Of a stretch of DNA of 64,000 bases, positions 1 through 18,800 are shown one piece after another. The stretch covers positions 28,256,001-28,320,000 of the forward strand of contig CP068257.2 of NCBI GenBank assembly GCA_009914755.4. The letters are read 5' to 3'. Position 1 is the stretch's first letter, and every line of letters starts with the position of its first letter. The notes beneath the pieces are model-generated. The model made no database searches. It saw only the letters and a list, made by a program, of their open reading frames with translations, and was not told the DNA's origin. This DNA is from the human T2T-CHM13v2.0 reference genome, Homo sapiens. Both the position numbers and the translations under genes were made by a program.

Positions 1-2781
1 TTTTTATGCATTATTTACCTCCCCAATTAGACTTCAAAATTCACAAAATATTCTGATTTTCCTCAGTGTCCTACACACCATAGGCTCTAGATTAATTACA
101 AACTATGTTTCTCAAGCTTAACTGATAAACTTCTTTTTACAAATCACAATCCAGTTTAAGTGCATATAGAAACTACCTAATACAGAAAATCAATATGTAA
201 AATAAATCAATTTTTCACTTACTTTGAATTTTCTTAAAGGATTTTTGGCAGAAACTTCTTTTCAAGTGCTTTAGTTTTGCTTTCTGCTGGGACTTTAAGT
301 TTTTGAATTTTCTGCCTAAAGCTCATTGTGCAGTCTCTTCATCAATACTCAAGGAATCAAGAAATCATCCAATAATGACTCCCTCAACCAGCAGAAATCA
401 GGCCCACATTTTTGAAGTCTGTGTAATTGTAAGTACAGTTGTAGATCTGTCTTCCATTCTGAAGATATAATAACACATGTTGTATAATACTAGTATAATT
501 AAAGAACACAATGAAATGTTTCTGAAATGCTTCAGAATTAAGACTTCAGTATTTTAACAGGAAGTGCCAATCTGGTCAAAGTCATCAGGTTCTCCAGAAA
601 TTTATAGCAAAGACTACTTGGCAGGAACCCAATATAAGTGACACATACAGAGAAACACACATACATAGACACGCACACTCATAAACACATAAGACTGTAA
701 AAAGATGCCCTTGTTACACAAAGTGGCATGGAAAAGTTGGAGATAAACAGAGCCCATTTATATAATGAAGTGCCAGAAAAAGAAAATCAAAGAAACCAGT
801 TGGTCTGTTTTTTGTATGTGTCATAGATCACCATCACCTATAAATTATCTGTATCAAGAAGCTATTAGCTAATACTGAGGAGACTAGAATATCTTAAACT
901 GAGCCACACAAAATCTCTGATATAACATCTTTTTTTGATATTTAATTCAAAACTTAATTGAATGTTCATGCCTCAGTGGACTATTTGGTACATTAAGATA
1001 CAAGTTCTGTCAGAATGAAACTAGTCATTTTTAGATCATTTTGATATTTGATAAGACTCATTCTTCTTTCATTCTGTTTGATCATCCCTTGTGTGGAAAA
1101 GCCAAAGAAAATGCCAAACACTTATCTGTCATAAAAAGTGAAATATCTCTAGCAGGAATCCGATCATTCAGTATCATCGATAATCTCACGCAAATATCAT
1201 ACATAAAATATTTTTATGTTATGATTCAAACGTGGAGAAGGGAATGAGTCTATACCCTGTGTAGGAAGGCAGCCAAGTACTTTATCAACATGCTTTTACA
1301 TTTGGATTTCATTCCATTATAATCACAATGATAGCCTGTGTGGCGTGCATAATGCATTCTACATCTAGAAAATGGTTATGTCTAAAAATTCCATTCCTTC
1401 CCTTTCTGTGATAAAGATTTGTCTTCAACATCATCAATAGCTGAAGCAATGCTCATCTGTGACCATCTGTTCTTACTATAAAACAGTAGATTTTGGCAGA
1501 ATTTGCAAGCATTGAGCTTGTCGGAACGTTAGAACACCTGTTTGATCTTTACCATATCAGATCCTTCAGATGGTTGAGTGTAAATGGGAGGTTAGGTATA
1601 GGGAAAAAAGGGTTTTATTATTTCTTTTGAAATGGAAAATATAAAAATTTTTTCAGTTGATGATTATTCTCTACTGTTAAAAAAATTTATATACTAAGTA
1701 TTAAAAACTATGATTAATATTGAAACATCTAAAGTTAAATGAGGAAAATGTACAAATACAGTTTTGATTGTCCACACACAAAGAGATTGTTAATTTCATC
1801 TACTGAACACATATCTTGTTATACAGCAGTGTCTACATATCGTAGGTACTCAATCTGAGCATTAATTAGTAAATGAATGAATTAAAGTGTATTTGATTCT
1901 CATAATGAAAGGACTTTGCATTAATAATATTTCCATCTTTATAGATGAATAAAGGTGATGCGGGAATAATTTGCAGAGCTGCAACTCAGAGTGATTCCTT
2001 CTGCCTCAGTCACAGGCTTTCCATTAGGCAATGAGAGTAACCTGGTGTAAGATGTGTGTCCTGTATTAGTAACCTCTCAGTAGATACTAAAGAGACTAGA
2101 AATACCAAAGTCTGGAGTTGTTGGTTTGGAAAAGCTAGCCAGAGGAAGTGACTTTGAGTAGTTTTGTAAGCAGAAAGCAACACCTTTGAGAAGCTAGGAG
2201 GTAAAGGAAGGAGGTGGCATGTGAATCCTTGGAACAAGCATGTTCACTAGAGCAGTGTCAAAAGCAGGCAGTGAGGAGATGTTTCTATTTACGCGGAGGG
2301 AAGAATAATTGGGAGAGGAATTTGAAACCTATAATTGGGAGCTTGGATTTGATACAAAGCTGAATTGGGCAAGTGATTGATGTGACTAAAACAACAGCAG
2401 TGATGAGTGCTGCTGCTGGGTGAAGAATGGATTGGCAGGCCAGGGCAGCTGGCTGCCTGGAAGGCTGGCACAGCCGTACCCACCCCATATCAGTTGCTGA
2501 TGTCAGTGGACCGACCCAAGATGAAGAAACGCTATTGGGACAGGATCCACAAGCTGGAGCAATGGTCTCCAGGCTCCCTTAAGCCCTTAGGTCTCTATGC
2601 CCTTAGAGAAATCAGGATGAGTTACGTGATGACAGAAGCTCTTCCTTTTTCTTTTTGCTTGAAATGTAATCTTTTTTGTGCTATTTAGTGTATCATATTT
2701 GTATGTGAACTCCAGCAAAGTATTTTTTGTTTTGTTTTGTTATTGAAGCACCTCCAAAACATTCTGAGGGAATTTAAATTT

Positions 2782-2949
2782 GGCCGGACACAGTGGCTTA
2801 TGCCTGTAATCCCAGCACTTTGGGAGGCTTAGGCGGGTGGATCACCCGAGGTCAGGAGTTCGAGACCAGCATGAGCTAACATGGAGAAACCCCACCTCAA
2901 CTGAAGATACAATTAGCTGGGCATGGTGACACACGCCTATAGTTCCTAC
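2782..2949 (+). mobile_element. Alu SINE, truncated (left monomer plus start of right arm)
   Basis: Begins ggccggacacagtggcttatgcctgtaatcccagcactttgggaggc..., typical Alu 5' end; the A-rich linker and start of the right arm are present, the rest is missing. Confidence 0.85.
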
Positions 2950-3097
2950 TTTTATTATAATATAAAATAATACAGTTGTTGAAATTGGATGGAAATTTAA
3001 AGATTATCTTGTCTAACTGTTTTACTTTTCAAACTAGGAAATTGAGACTTTAAGAGATGAAGTGATTTCATTCACACATTCATTCATTCTTTTAGCA

Positions 3098-3250
3098 CAA
3101 GCTCTGGAGTCAGATTCATCTTAGGTTTGAATCCTGGTTTTTTATTTATTATCTGGGTAACCTTAGAAAAGGCATTTGATTTTCTCGGTTTCTTCATCTA
3201 CAAAATAGAGATAAGTATGGTGCAATAGTTATTATACTATGAATAAAACA
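3098..3250 (+). repeat. MIR (mammalian-wide interspersed repeat) fragment
   Basis: gctctggagtcagat...ttgaatcctggtt...ctgggtaaccttagaaaaggcatttgattttctcggtttcttcatctacaaaatagagataa matches the MIR core by eye. Confidence 0.55.
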
Positions 3251-3274
3251 TTCTTTTTCAAATCACTATAGTGT

Positions 3275-3412
3275 GGTAGCTAATGGTGTACAATCTGGAG
3301 CCAGACTGCTTGGGTTTAATACCCAACTCTACTACTCACAAGCAATGAAAACTTGGAAAAGCTGCCTAATCCCTCTGTGCCTCAGTTCCTTCTTTTGTAA
3401 TGTGGGGTATGT
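3275..3412 (+). repeat. MIR fragment
   Basis: ctggagccagactgcttgggtttaatacccaactctactactcacaagc...ctctgtgcctcagttccttcttttgtaatgtgggg is close to the MIR consensus. Confidence 0.6.
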
Positions 3413-4006
3413 ATAATCTATATTTATATAGCATTTAAATGAGAAAATATATTTGTATGTTTTACCAGACTTAACCTTCAGCAAACAGCCTGGATAAATG
3501 CTCACTATATGTAGGGCTGTTATTGTCATTACTCTCATTGCTTTTGGTTAGTACCGCTTGCGTGTTGGGCACTGAATTGATGTAGAATATACAGAGAGAA
3601 AGACACAGCTCCTTCCCTCAAGAATTCAGAGTCTAGGCAGATGATGTAAGGAAAGTAACAACTACAATTCAGTGTGATAAGTACTAGCATGGAGGTTGCC
3701 CCATCTCTCCTAGAGCTCAAAGAGGCCTGAGTGAATCAGGATCCAGTCATTACAGGAGAGTCATTGGAGAGTCACTTGAGAGGTGGCAGGAGTGGTCAGC
3801 AAACCCTTCAGGGAGGTGAAGCATTAGTGCGTGTGTGTTGGGAGCCTGCAGAACAGAGAATAAATCAGCAAAACAGAGGGCAGGTGCTAGGTTAGAGAAA
3901 ATCCAACAGTCGGTGGTTGTTTTGTACCGCTGGTTGTAGGTTGCACATGAGGAATAGTGAGAGGTAGGGCTGGGTAGTTACAAAGTGGATTGATGAAGAA
4001 GGGCCT

Positions 4007-4565
4007 TGTATTAGTCAGGGTTCTCTAGAGGGACAGAACTAATTGGATATATGTATATATGAGATGGAGTTTATTAAGGAGAATTGACTCTCATGATCAT
4101 AAGGTAAAGTCCCACGAGAGACCATCTGCAAGTTGAGGAACGAGGAAGCCAGTGGTGGATCAGCCCAAGTCCCAAAACCTCAAAAGTAGGGAAGCCAACA
4201 GTACAGCCTTCAATCTGTAGTCAAAGGCCCAAGAGCCCCTGGAAAACCACTGGTATCAGTCCAAGAGTCCAAAAGCTGAAGAAATTGGAGTCTGATGTTC
4301 AAGGGCAGGAAGCATCCAGCATGGGAGAAGGATGAAGGCCAGAAGACTCAGCAAGTCTGTTCTTCTGTCTTCTCCTGCCTGCTTTATTCTAGCTGCACTG
4401 GCAGCTGATTAGATGGTGCCCACCCAGACCGAGGATAGGTCTGCCTTTCCTAGTTCGCTGACTCAAATGTTAATCTCCTTTGGCGACACCCACACAGACA
4501 TGCCCAGAAACAATACTTTGCGTCCTTCAATCCAATGAAGTTGACATTCAGTATCAACCATCACA
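4007..4565 (-). mobile_element. Solo LTR, ERVL/MaLR-like family (TGT...ACA termini); exact family not assigned
   Basis: Starts tgtattagtcagggttctctagagggacagaactaat and ends ...gttgacattcagtatcaaccatcaca. I recognise the internal segments (..gagaattgactc..aagtcccac..gcagctgattagatggtgcccacccag..ctgactcaaatgttaatctcctttggcgacaccc..) as a common human LTR repeat, but I can recall only its pattern, not its name. Confidence 0.5.
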
Positions 4566-5659
4566 GGCCTTATAAACACACTGCTCAACTATGTGCACTT
4601 TAGCCTGAAAGCCATGAGATGCAATTAAAAGATTTTAATCGGCGGGATGGCCTGATTAGGTTCTCTTTGCCAAAAATTGATGAGTGCCCCCTGGATCCAC
4701 TTCTGTTTGAGTATATGGATACTGCAACATATTCACCTGTTTAACTTGGCTATTTCCCCTTCTCCTGACAGATGGTAAATTCCTTGAAGGCAGTCATCTG
4801 GCTTTCTATTCCCAACATCTGTCATAATATCTATAAGTAGCCATTTAATATGTTTAGAATGAACAAATGAATGGAAAAGACTGCAAGCAAATATTCAATT
4901 AAGATGCTTTTTCCTCCTTAATCCATGAGAATTGATACGGATCTAATAGTGGTGGTGGCAGGGGGCTCAGAAAAGGGATGGGTTCAACAGATATTTAAGT
5001 AAGAATATTGACAAGCCTTGGAGTTAGAGGCTGACTTGGAGGCAAAAAGAACTAATCTAGAATGACCTTGAGATTTCAAGTGTGGTCAACTCAGTGGATG
5101 ATGGTAACATTCACTGGGAGTGAAAACCCAGGGGTAGGTTCACAGATGAAGAGAATGAGTGTATTTCTGGGCATGTCTAGTTCAACGAACCTGCGGATCA
5201 AATGAAGGAATGTCTAGGAGGCATGTGGATAGGGAGATCTCGTCAAAATCCTTGAGAATCACACCTTTTAACTCACAGTTCATTGCACTTTCCCCCTTTG
5301 TAATGCCTTTTTGAAAGAAAAAACAGGCAAACAACAACTACAAGAATATTAAAGCAATTTGTACATAAAGATTTTTTAATGGTTACAAAATCAAAAGGGA
5401 TATTTTTCTTGACCATGTGTCTGGAATGCCCTTAGCCCATCCATGTCTCTCGAAAAGATCCAAGGTGAACAGTAACTCCTCCAAGAAATCTTGCCACATC
5501 CTCCCAGATGTAATGAACATTCACGCAGCAGTTGATTTTACTTTGTCTATAGCACTTGTTGCAGTGTATTCAGGTCTTCATATTGGTCTTCCTTTAATAC
5601 ATGCAGGACAGTATCATCATTAGTATGGATTTTGGAATCAGACGTATAAGATTTTGAAA

Positions 5660-5765
5660 TTTCAGCTTTGCCACTTAGCTGAATGATCTGGGGAAAGCAG
5701 TTTACCTTCTCTTAGCCTCGGGTTTTCACATACGTGAAATTCAGAGGACAGTAGATAATGTGAAG
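5660..5765 (+). repeat. MIR fragment
   Basis: ttgccacttagctgaatgatctggggaaagcagtttaccttctcttagcctcgggttttcacatacgtgaaattcag resembles the MIR core (ctgccacttactagctgtgtgaccttgggcaagttacttaacctctctgtgcctcagtttcctcatctgtaaaatgg). Confidence 0.5.
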
Positions 5766-5779
5766 GTTTGAAGGCTTCC

Positions 5780-5940
5780 ACTGACTTCTCATCATACTCA
5801 GTGTAGCACTTTCATCTCCTCTCCTTGTTTCCTTTGCTCCAGCCACACTGACCTCTGTGTTGTCCCTGAAATAACCAAGGCACATATTTTCTACCCAGAG
5901 TGCCCTCCCCGCAACTACCTGCATGGCTATCTCCCTCGCT
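5780..5940 (+). repeat. L2 LINE 3'-end fragment
   Basis: ...ctccagccacactgacctctgtgttgtccctgaaataaccaaggcacatattttctacccagagtgccctccc..cctgcatggctatctccc parallels the L2 3' consensus (ctccagccacactggcctcc...ctgcatggctcgctccc). Confidence 0.45.
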
Positions 5941-8626
5941 TTTTTCCAAATATTTTCACTAAACTGATATTCTATCCTATAGCTACAATAGAGAAGAAAA
6001 TGCTGCTGAGTCTAATATGGAACACCTGCATGCATATTGACAAAGGCTGGAAGCAAATACACTCCAAAGGGAAGTTGTATCAGTGAGGCGAATTGTGTGC
6101 AAACTGTTCTCCTGATACATTATTGCTTTTGATGTAGTTTTGTCATTTGAAATGCAATTAAAAACTCAATTTCTCGTGAGCTTTTCCCCTGGGTACCCTA
6201 GGTAAAATTTCAGTATCACACTGCAATATTTTCCTTCTCTGCTTCATTCTTTCCCCTTAGCATTTATTGCAACTTAATATGCTACATATTTTACTTATTT
6301 TTGTTTGTGTACCAAAAAGGAAAACAAGTTCTTTGAAGATGGGGAATTTTGTCTGTCTTGTTCCCTGCCATATCCCCAGTATCTAGGACAATGCCCAGAA
6401 TATATAGGCACTCAAAAAATGTATTTTGAATGAATGAATTTTATATATACATTGCTTATCACAGTATCTGACATATAACACATATCTGTCACATAGTAGC
6501 TGTTAAGGTTGTGAATTTTGCTAATATTTTGCAGGATCTTTAGAAGTCAGGAAATACACTGTATTCACTATCTTATGACTTCTACTACAGAGGAAGCCTA
6601 AGAGATAAAAGAATGAATGAACTGACCAATTCTATGTAAAGATTAGCTACTTGGGTCACTATTGGTGATGTGGTGGCTGCCTCGGAATCAACACTACAGA
6701 GCTGGAGAGAGGCTGGAAGCAGAGTGGACTCAGCACAGTGGCTCTGTAAACGTGAGCAACCCCACCTCACCCCATCCAAACTCCCCTCATTTTTAGAAAG
6801 GAGCTTATTGTCAAGGGCACTTTGTAGCTCTTGCAGCCTCTGAGTCTGTGGGTTCCAAAAGGTGAGGCAAAAGGCAAAATCTTTTACCCCCTTAACCTAA
6901 AAAACTCAAATTTCCTTACAATGAATGAGAAGCGGATTTAAAACAATCAGATTACACAATACTTCATATAGTCCTGTGTGCATGTGTGTGTGCACATACA
7001 CACAATCTCGACCTGATAATTTTTCATGCCTTTGTCTGAGTGATTTGTAGCAAGTATGAAGGTATTTCCAAAGTGTTATTAATGACTTAGAAAGTGGGAA
7101 CTGTGTCAAAACCAAGCTTAGCTAGTTCGGTGGCAGGTGGTACCAAGAGGCAGAGTGAATTTCAAGTTGAAATTACAAAGAACCATTGATCCTGACAGTA
7201 AAGCATGCCTGCAAATGAAATTGACATGGAATGATCCTGACGTTGAAATATTATCTTAAAATCTTGAAAAGCATGGCAGAGAATTCAATTATATAACTAA
7301 GGGGAATTGGAGAAAATGAAGAAATTGGTAGCGATCTTTCCTTCAAACATGTATTTTCCTCTATAGGTCAGGCTCACTTTGCACATAATTAGTTACCCTT
7401 GTTTCTCACTTCATTGCTTAATCAATTTCAATAATGATTTAGCTTTATTATTAGAAAATTTTACATTCATGTTAAACCCAAAACAAATTTGAAAAGCTGC
7501 AGAAGTAATTTGAGTCCAGGTTATAAAAAATAACGTTAGTCCAGGACTTGGAGTGAATTAATGTGACATCTTAAAAGCTTTGGGTTATAATCTGGGTTCT
7601 GCCACAGGCAGCCATAAACCATGGGCAAGTTATTTAATCTCTGATTTTTAGAATCTTTAGCTGTAAAGCACAAGCATAATAATTCCCACTTCATTGTAGC
7701 TGTTCTGAAGCACAAATGATATATGTGATTGGGCCAAGTATATAAAACAAGACTGACAAAGTCATTTTGACATATATTTGAATAAAACTGCCATATCTTA
7801 TCTTATAGACTTGAACAATTGTGTAAAGCCAGGAGGAGGAGAAATATTTGCAGTTATATTTTAGAGATGAGGAAACATGATCAGAAGGATTAAAGTAACT
7901 TGCCCTAGTTACCAGGCCGAGTTAAATTTCATGTCTTTAGCTTCTTCGCCTACTGAGTCTTAATTCTACCACTCATACATGTTCTAATAATCTGTTCTTG
8001 GGTGAATATCACAAGAATCCTGGTATTAATAGAATTTTCCCCTTTTCTTTCCTAAAGACCTAATTATACTTTAAATTACTTGTTTCTGCAGCAGATACCT
8101 TTATTCTACCAGCTGCAAACAGCAGAACAAAAGTCCCTGCCCCATGAAGCTGATATTGTGGTGCAATTCACTCAGCCAACATTCCTAAGTGCTACGATGC
8201 CCTCGACACAGTCTGGGAACAAGTCCCCTCCTAACATTGTGGGTGAGGAAATACACCAGGAAAGGCTGACAGAAGGGATGACAGGGCAAAAGGTTCTATG
8301 GGCACAGGTCAGGTGAGGGGGTTAGTTCAGCCCTAATGCATCCAGTAAGTCATGCCAGAGACACTGACTAATAAGCTTGGTCTTAGACTATGAGAGGACA
8401 ATCTAGTTACCTGAAACCAAAGTAGAAGATTCCATCTGGAAAAAGATCTCCCCGTTGCTTTAAAAATTAGTATGTTTGGTTTCGTACCTAAAAAGATAGC
8501 ATACCTGCTGGGTTATTAGACCATATGCAATAATTAGGCTTCTTAACAAAAAGACAATTAATAGTTCTTTAATATAGTGTGCTTTTTAGTGGATTCAGAA
8601 ATCATGCTGATAGCATACTTTTCTTA

Positions 8627-8874
<248 letters not shown>

Positions 8875-10005
8875 TTGTGAAAACATCTACTTATATAATC
8901 TAATGGCTTTTTTCATATTCTTATTGTAATACAACATATCTGGGCTTTCTCTAAAAGTCAGTTTTTAACTGGCCTTCTTTTTAAATGATTTACCAAATTG
9001 AAATGAGAATTAAATTTTGAAATCAGCTAAATATATACAATATTGCTCAAAGTGTCCTGAAATTACTCTGAAGGACTAGCATTAACAACACCTAAATTTG
9101 TGATTAGGTCTGAGGTCATTCAGGGCTTTTTGTTACTTTTGATTGTTTTTTAAGACCTACTACAGTTTAGCTTCGAGTAAGTATGCAGTCCTGGAGCACC
9201 TAGGATTTCCTGATACACTTTTGTACAATAATCCTTTCTAAGCTTGGCTATTATTGCTGCCTTCCATGCCTATGCAGGTTTGTCTGACTGGCCTAATGGA
9301 TGTTTTAAATCCAGTCCTTCAAAGTTTTTCATGCGTCTTTTCATTCTTGCCTTGCTGTCCTGATCAGTCTCTTGTCATAGTCATGTAAGGAAGTATAGTA
9401 TCTATAGAGTGATAAGGCATGCTGCTTTACCTTTTTTTTTTTTTGGTATGTTTTGCTATTACTTAATAAACATATTTATAAACCACTCCCAGAGCTGATA
9501 ATCTAGTTCTATTTTTAATCTCTTAGGACAAAATTTAGAGAATAACCTCAAGGGGACTGATTATAGAGATGTCATTTTCAGGTGACCAGAGGGAGGATTT
9601 GGGGACATCTTGGTGGCATGTACTCTATGCTCCTTGTGCCAGGGCTGCCCCAGACTGAAGTAGAAGAAAATGATGCAGATGGACTTACTCAGTTGAACTG
9701 AGATGGGACAGAAATCGTCAGGTCATGCTGAGGAAGAATTACCTTCCCAAATGTCTCAGACACATGCCCAACTAAATGCTTATTACATATTCAGTACAAA
9801 AACACACTGATTCCTTTAGTTAGCAAAGATTCCTTAACTACCTTCTATGTATTAAGCACTGTGCTGGGTACAGAAAACACATGATAAATACATTTTCTAT
9901 GTAAGGAAAACTCAAAGTGGCAAATGCTGAGAGATTTTGTCACCACCAGGCCTGCCTTATGAGACTCTGTCTCAAAAAAAAAAAAAAAGAAAATAAAAAG
10001 AAAAA

Positions 10006-14175
<4,170 letters not shown>

Positions 14176-15326
14176 AAAACTCAAAATATTGTGGACACTT
14201 TTTTTTGGGAAAAAAAAGGACTCAAATAACCTAAATTTGTTTTTTTTTAAAACTGAAATTGGAACTATTATGACTATATAGTGTATGAATGAATACTGTG
14301 TAAAATCAGCAAGAGCAGGGACTGAGTCTTGCTCACTTTTGTGTTCTTAGCTTAACACAATCCAGCCAGAGAATGAATGAGTCTGCAATGTTTATGGAGC
14401 AAATGGATAGACTGATCAGTGCAGGGTGTTCTCTGACTGTTCAGCCCTCAATGACTCACGCTTCTCAGACCTACTGCAATCACTTTCATGGGGTTGCAAT
14501 GATTTTACATGTGCTAGTCTCTTTTTATCGATCAGCTGTTCTGATTGAAACATGTACTTGTGCAGGGACCAGGATGGGCCCTTCTGAACTCCCCGGAAGC
14601 ATGTGGCAGAGCTATGGAAAGCACCCTACCAAGGGCTGGAACCAGGAAGTGTTGACCTGAGCCAGAACACTGTCATGTACCCAGCTCTGTTCTAACAGAT
14701 CAACACTTCTCAGTGGAGTCCTTTGTGTTAGGACTGCTACCCAAGGCCCTTCTCTGGGGAGGGTATCTCAAAATTCCTCCTGCCTCCCACAGCGTTCATG
14801 TGGCCACACTCTGGGTTAACCGACATGCTCTGACTTCAGAGTTCCAAAGGGTCACACCGCTATACGTGCTGCAGCAATTATCAGGCCACACGAGGTCCTC
14901 TCTGAGCCTCCGAGCGGTCTCATGATCCTAGGCAGTGTGAAACATACTGAAAATTTAGAATCAGAGGGTCAGAGTGCCATTATTTAAACCAACTCATTTT
15001 AAACCTGGATCAAAGCCAATGGCTCAGAGCAATTTAGAAACATGATTATTTGCTGACTGAGTGGGGCCAAATTTTGGCTCCTTCCTTACTTGATCATGAC
15101 AAAGTATTTGGGAATTCAAATCTGAAATCGTCTGTTACCCACACAGAGCACTCCCCTTTGTGTATTAAAGAGCAAGTTATATTAAGTTACACTGACTTCT
15201 CCCAGATTCACCAGGAAGGAGGAAGGCTGGGTCCTAGAAGGTCTATAAAATGGACAGTTAAAATGGCCCAAGCAAAGGGCTTTTCAAAACTTATTTTTAA
15301 AAATTTTTATATTATATATATTTTAA

Positions 15327-15817
<491 letters not shown>

Positions 15818-15819
15818 AA

Positions 15820-15862
15820 AACTTGTTTTTTTTGTTTGTTTGTTTGTTTTTTTTAAATATCT
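15820..15862. repeat. (GTTT)n / T-rich simple repeat
   Basis: aaaacttgttttttttgtttgtttgtttgttttttttaaat. Confidence 0.8.
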
Positions 15863-18800
15863 GTTATTGCCCGGTGGAGTGTGTGTATGCATTTTGGGGT
15901 GGTGTAATTTTTTTGAAGCAGATTTTATAAGAAGCAAAGAAATATAGAGGACTATCAGCTGAAAAATATGCTAGATAGGAAATACAGCAATTCGTTTTTT
16001 CAATCTTTTTCTCATTAATGGCATGGAATTTCACTGAAAAGGTGTTAGAAAAGGAAAATAATTTCAGCTCATTTTATATATTTGAGTTTCATTGTGTGCT
16101 ACAACTTATTGCTGAATGCTACAAAACCAGGCTTTGTTCTAATGAAATGTAATCCTCACATGGCTAAAAGAAACAGCTGAGAAAGCTATATATTTTATAT
16201 CAAATACCTTTACAGATCCAGTTAAATGTTAGAAAACCTCTTTATGAATTATTTTTAAGGTACAATCTAAGAAACTTCAAGCTTCAGAAAAATATAACAT
16301 ACTGATAAAATATTTTATTTCAAAAATTGTTAAGTTGTTTTGTTTTCCATTATGAGCAGTATTTAATTGTTTTTTAAGGTAGATTGACACTTGTTATTTC
16401 ATCTGTTTACTGAGTTATATTCAATGCCTTATTTATTTTTATTATATGTTTGCTTTACATTTTACATCTATTCATCTAGCTTTTGGTTTATAGGCTGAAG
16501 AGGTTTAAGAAATAGTTGAAGGCAACAAACAGAAAAGAAGAAAAGGATAATTCAGGAGGGGAAATAAAATTAAGACAAAAGAGTTAAAATAGTATTTAGA
16601 ACCAATTATCTTTTCAAAATTTATTTATTTCTGGATGTCACATTTGATAGGCTCATGTTCTTGAATTATTTGGAGCACATTCCTCTGTTTTCTCCCATTT
16701 ACTCCATTTTAGTAAATTTTATTTCTGAATAAAATAATTCCTTAGGACTAACTACATGAAGGGTTAAACTTTGATTGCAACATATTCAATACTATATGGT
16801 GCTTATTGCATTTAAAACTGAACAAACAATAAAATTTGGGGCTTTCGTGAAAAGTAACTTACTACAGACCTGAAATCTTTTGCTTCTCTCTTTGAGATGA
16901 ATCAATAAAAATAAAAAAAAAAAAGCCAAAGCAAATAAATCTAAAGTTTCTGCAAAGCACACAGCATGCACCTTCAATTCACTTCCTCTAAATTTGTATC
17001 AATGGAATGTGGTCATTGCTGCTTTTTTTGTTTTTGTTTTTGTTTTTCTACTCTTACAGAAAAAAAAAAGAATTCAATACAATCTCCCTCAGTGGAAGAA
17101 TAAATATCAAAAATGAAATTCAGAGTCCCTAAAAATTGCAATGCTTTTACCTGTTACTTTTTGTTTTTTGGTTAATGTTGCAAATTTTGAAAACTCAAGT
17201 GTGTGCCATACTGAGAAGAAAACCAAGAAAATTTCAAGATTTTTGTAAAATAATCAATGTTCTAGATCATACAAAAGTATTGGATTCATTACATAATAAT
17301 TAGATGCTTAATATATTCAAAGAGGTGACAGACGTGTCCCCCGAATCATAGTCTGACAGTCTCCTTCAATGTATTTTGTAATAATTATTTTTACTAGCTG
17401 TGAACATAAATAAGTTATATTGTAAAGAGAAATGATTGAGAAGAATCTAAGTTCAGCTAACGCATTTTAATCAATTAAGAAGTTATCACGAATTTCTAGT
17501 TTTTAAAATTTATTAGTATAAAAAGAAATAATCAAAAGGCATTCTATATGAATGAAAATAAGAGCTAAACCTGACAAAAACAGAAAGCTGAAGGACAAGA
17601 TTCATTTTTACCGGTACTACTGCCTACAGGAGTCTCATTCTGTCCATAATATGCTAGTGAATTAAAAAACATAGGTGCAAAAAAGAGCAATTTAGTGTAT
17701 AATCGTGCTAACTTTTAAATTCTTACTTTATCATTAGAAACTATGTCAGTCCATTCTGTGTTAAAAACCAACAAAATACAGTTAAAATTAATACAGAGCT
17801 ACAATTTTATTTAAGTTTTACTATTGTTTTGGTGAAAACTGACTTCTATTCATTTTTAAAAATATCTCTCAGGGATGTAGAATCTTCATCTATAAATTAA
17901 ACAAGTTCAAGCAAGTGGTCCCATTGGTCTTGTTAAATATAATAATAATTAACATTTATTGGGCACTTATTATACACCAGACATTGTTCTAAGGGTTTAA
18001 AAATACATTATAAAAGCTTTAACATTTGTTATCCAATTTCTATAGCCGAAAAAAAGAGGAAAAACAGAAATTTTTCTGTTGAGTTATGCAAATCTTACTC
18101 TTATAATTTTATTTACACAGAAATGTATATGAAAATAATCATTTTTATAATTTCCCTAATTCTCTAATAACTCAGTTTCCTAGATATCAACCACTTTTCA
18201 CCATCTTCCATCTTCTACTGTGACCTTTTTCCCCTTGTTCCTCCTTGTCAATCCCCATTTTCTATCTCATCCTGTGTCATGTTGGCTGAATCTACCTTGG
18301 TCCAATTTCCTGCTGGTGCTCTTCTTAGAGCTGGCCAAATCTTCAGCACGGTGGAAAGGAAGCCGAACAGCAGAGCGTACCTTCAGGAGTTTTCTACTCA
18401 CTCCTTCCACAGAAGCAAACAAAAAAATTAACCAGGCATATTCTTCAAAATAGGCCTCCAACATACATTTTCAAAATCAAGCTACCTCACTAGTCGAGAC
18501 AAGCTGCATCTCAGGCATTTGTATTTCATGATGTCTGGTCAATGTGATTCATTGTAATATAAAATAAAGTATATTTTTCTAGTGTGTTACAAGTAAACAG
18601 GTAACCAGTATTATTCACCCATTTATTTAATAGAGATAAACAATTACAACTCGATTTTTCCATTACTCAAATGAGTATAGAAACTTCAACAATGAACAAG
18701 ATTTCTCTTTTAAGAGTGACACTTTATTTCATTTGACTAATATAATGTTGGTCTGTTCATAAATTATTCAATGAAGTGCTAAAAGCTTCCTTCCTCTCAA

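Noticed and set aside
2380-2700. Locally GC-richer stretch with a 93-aa ORF (MLLLGEEWIGRPGQLAAWKAGT...)
   Set aside because: It has no recognisable protein similarity and no splice-site context I can support. It is short and adjacent to an Alu, so more likely a diverged old repeat or neutral sequence than an exon.
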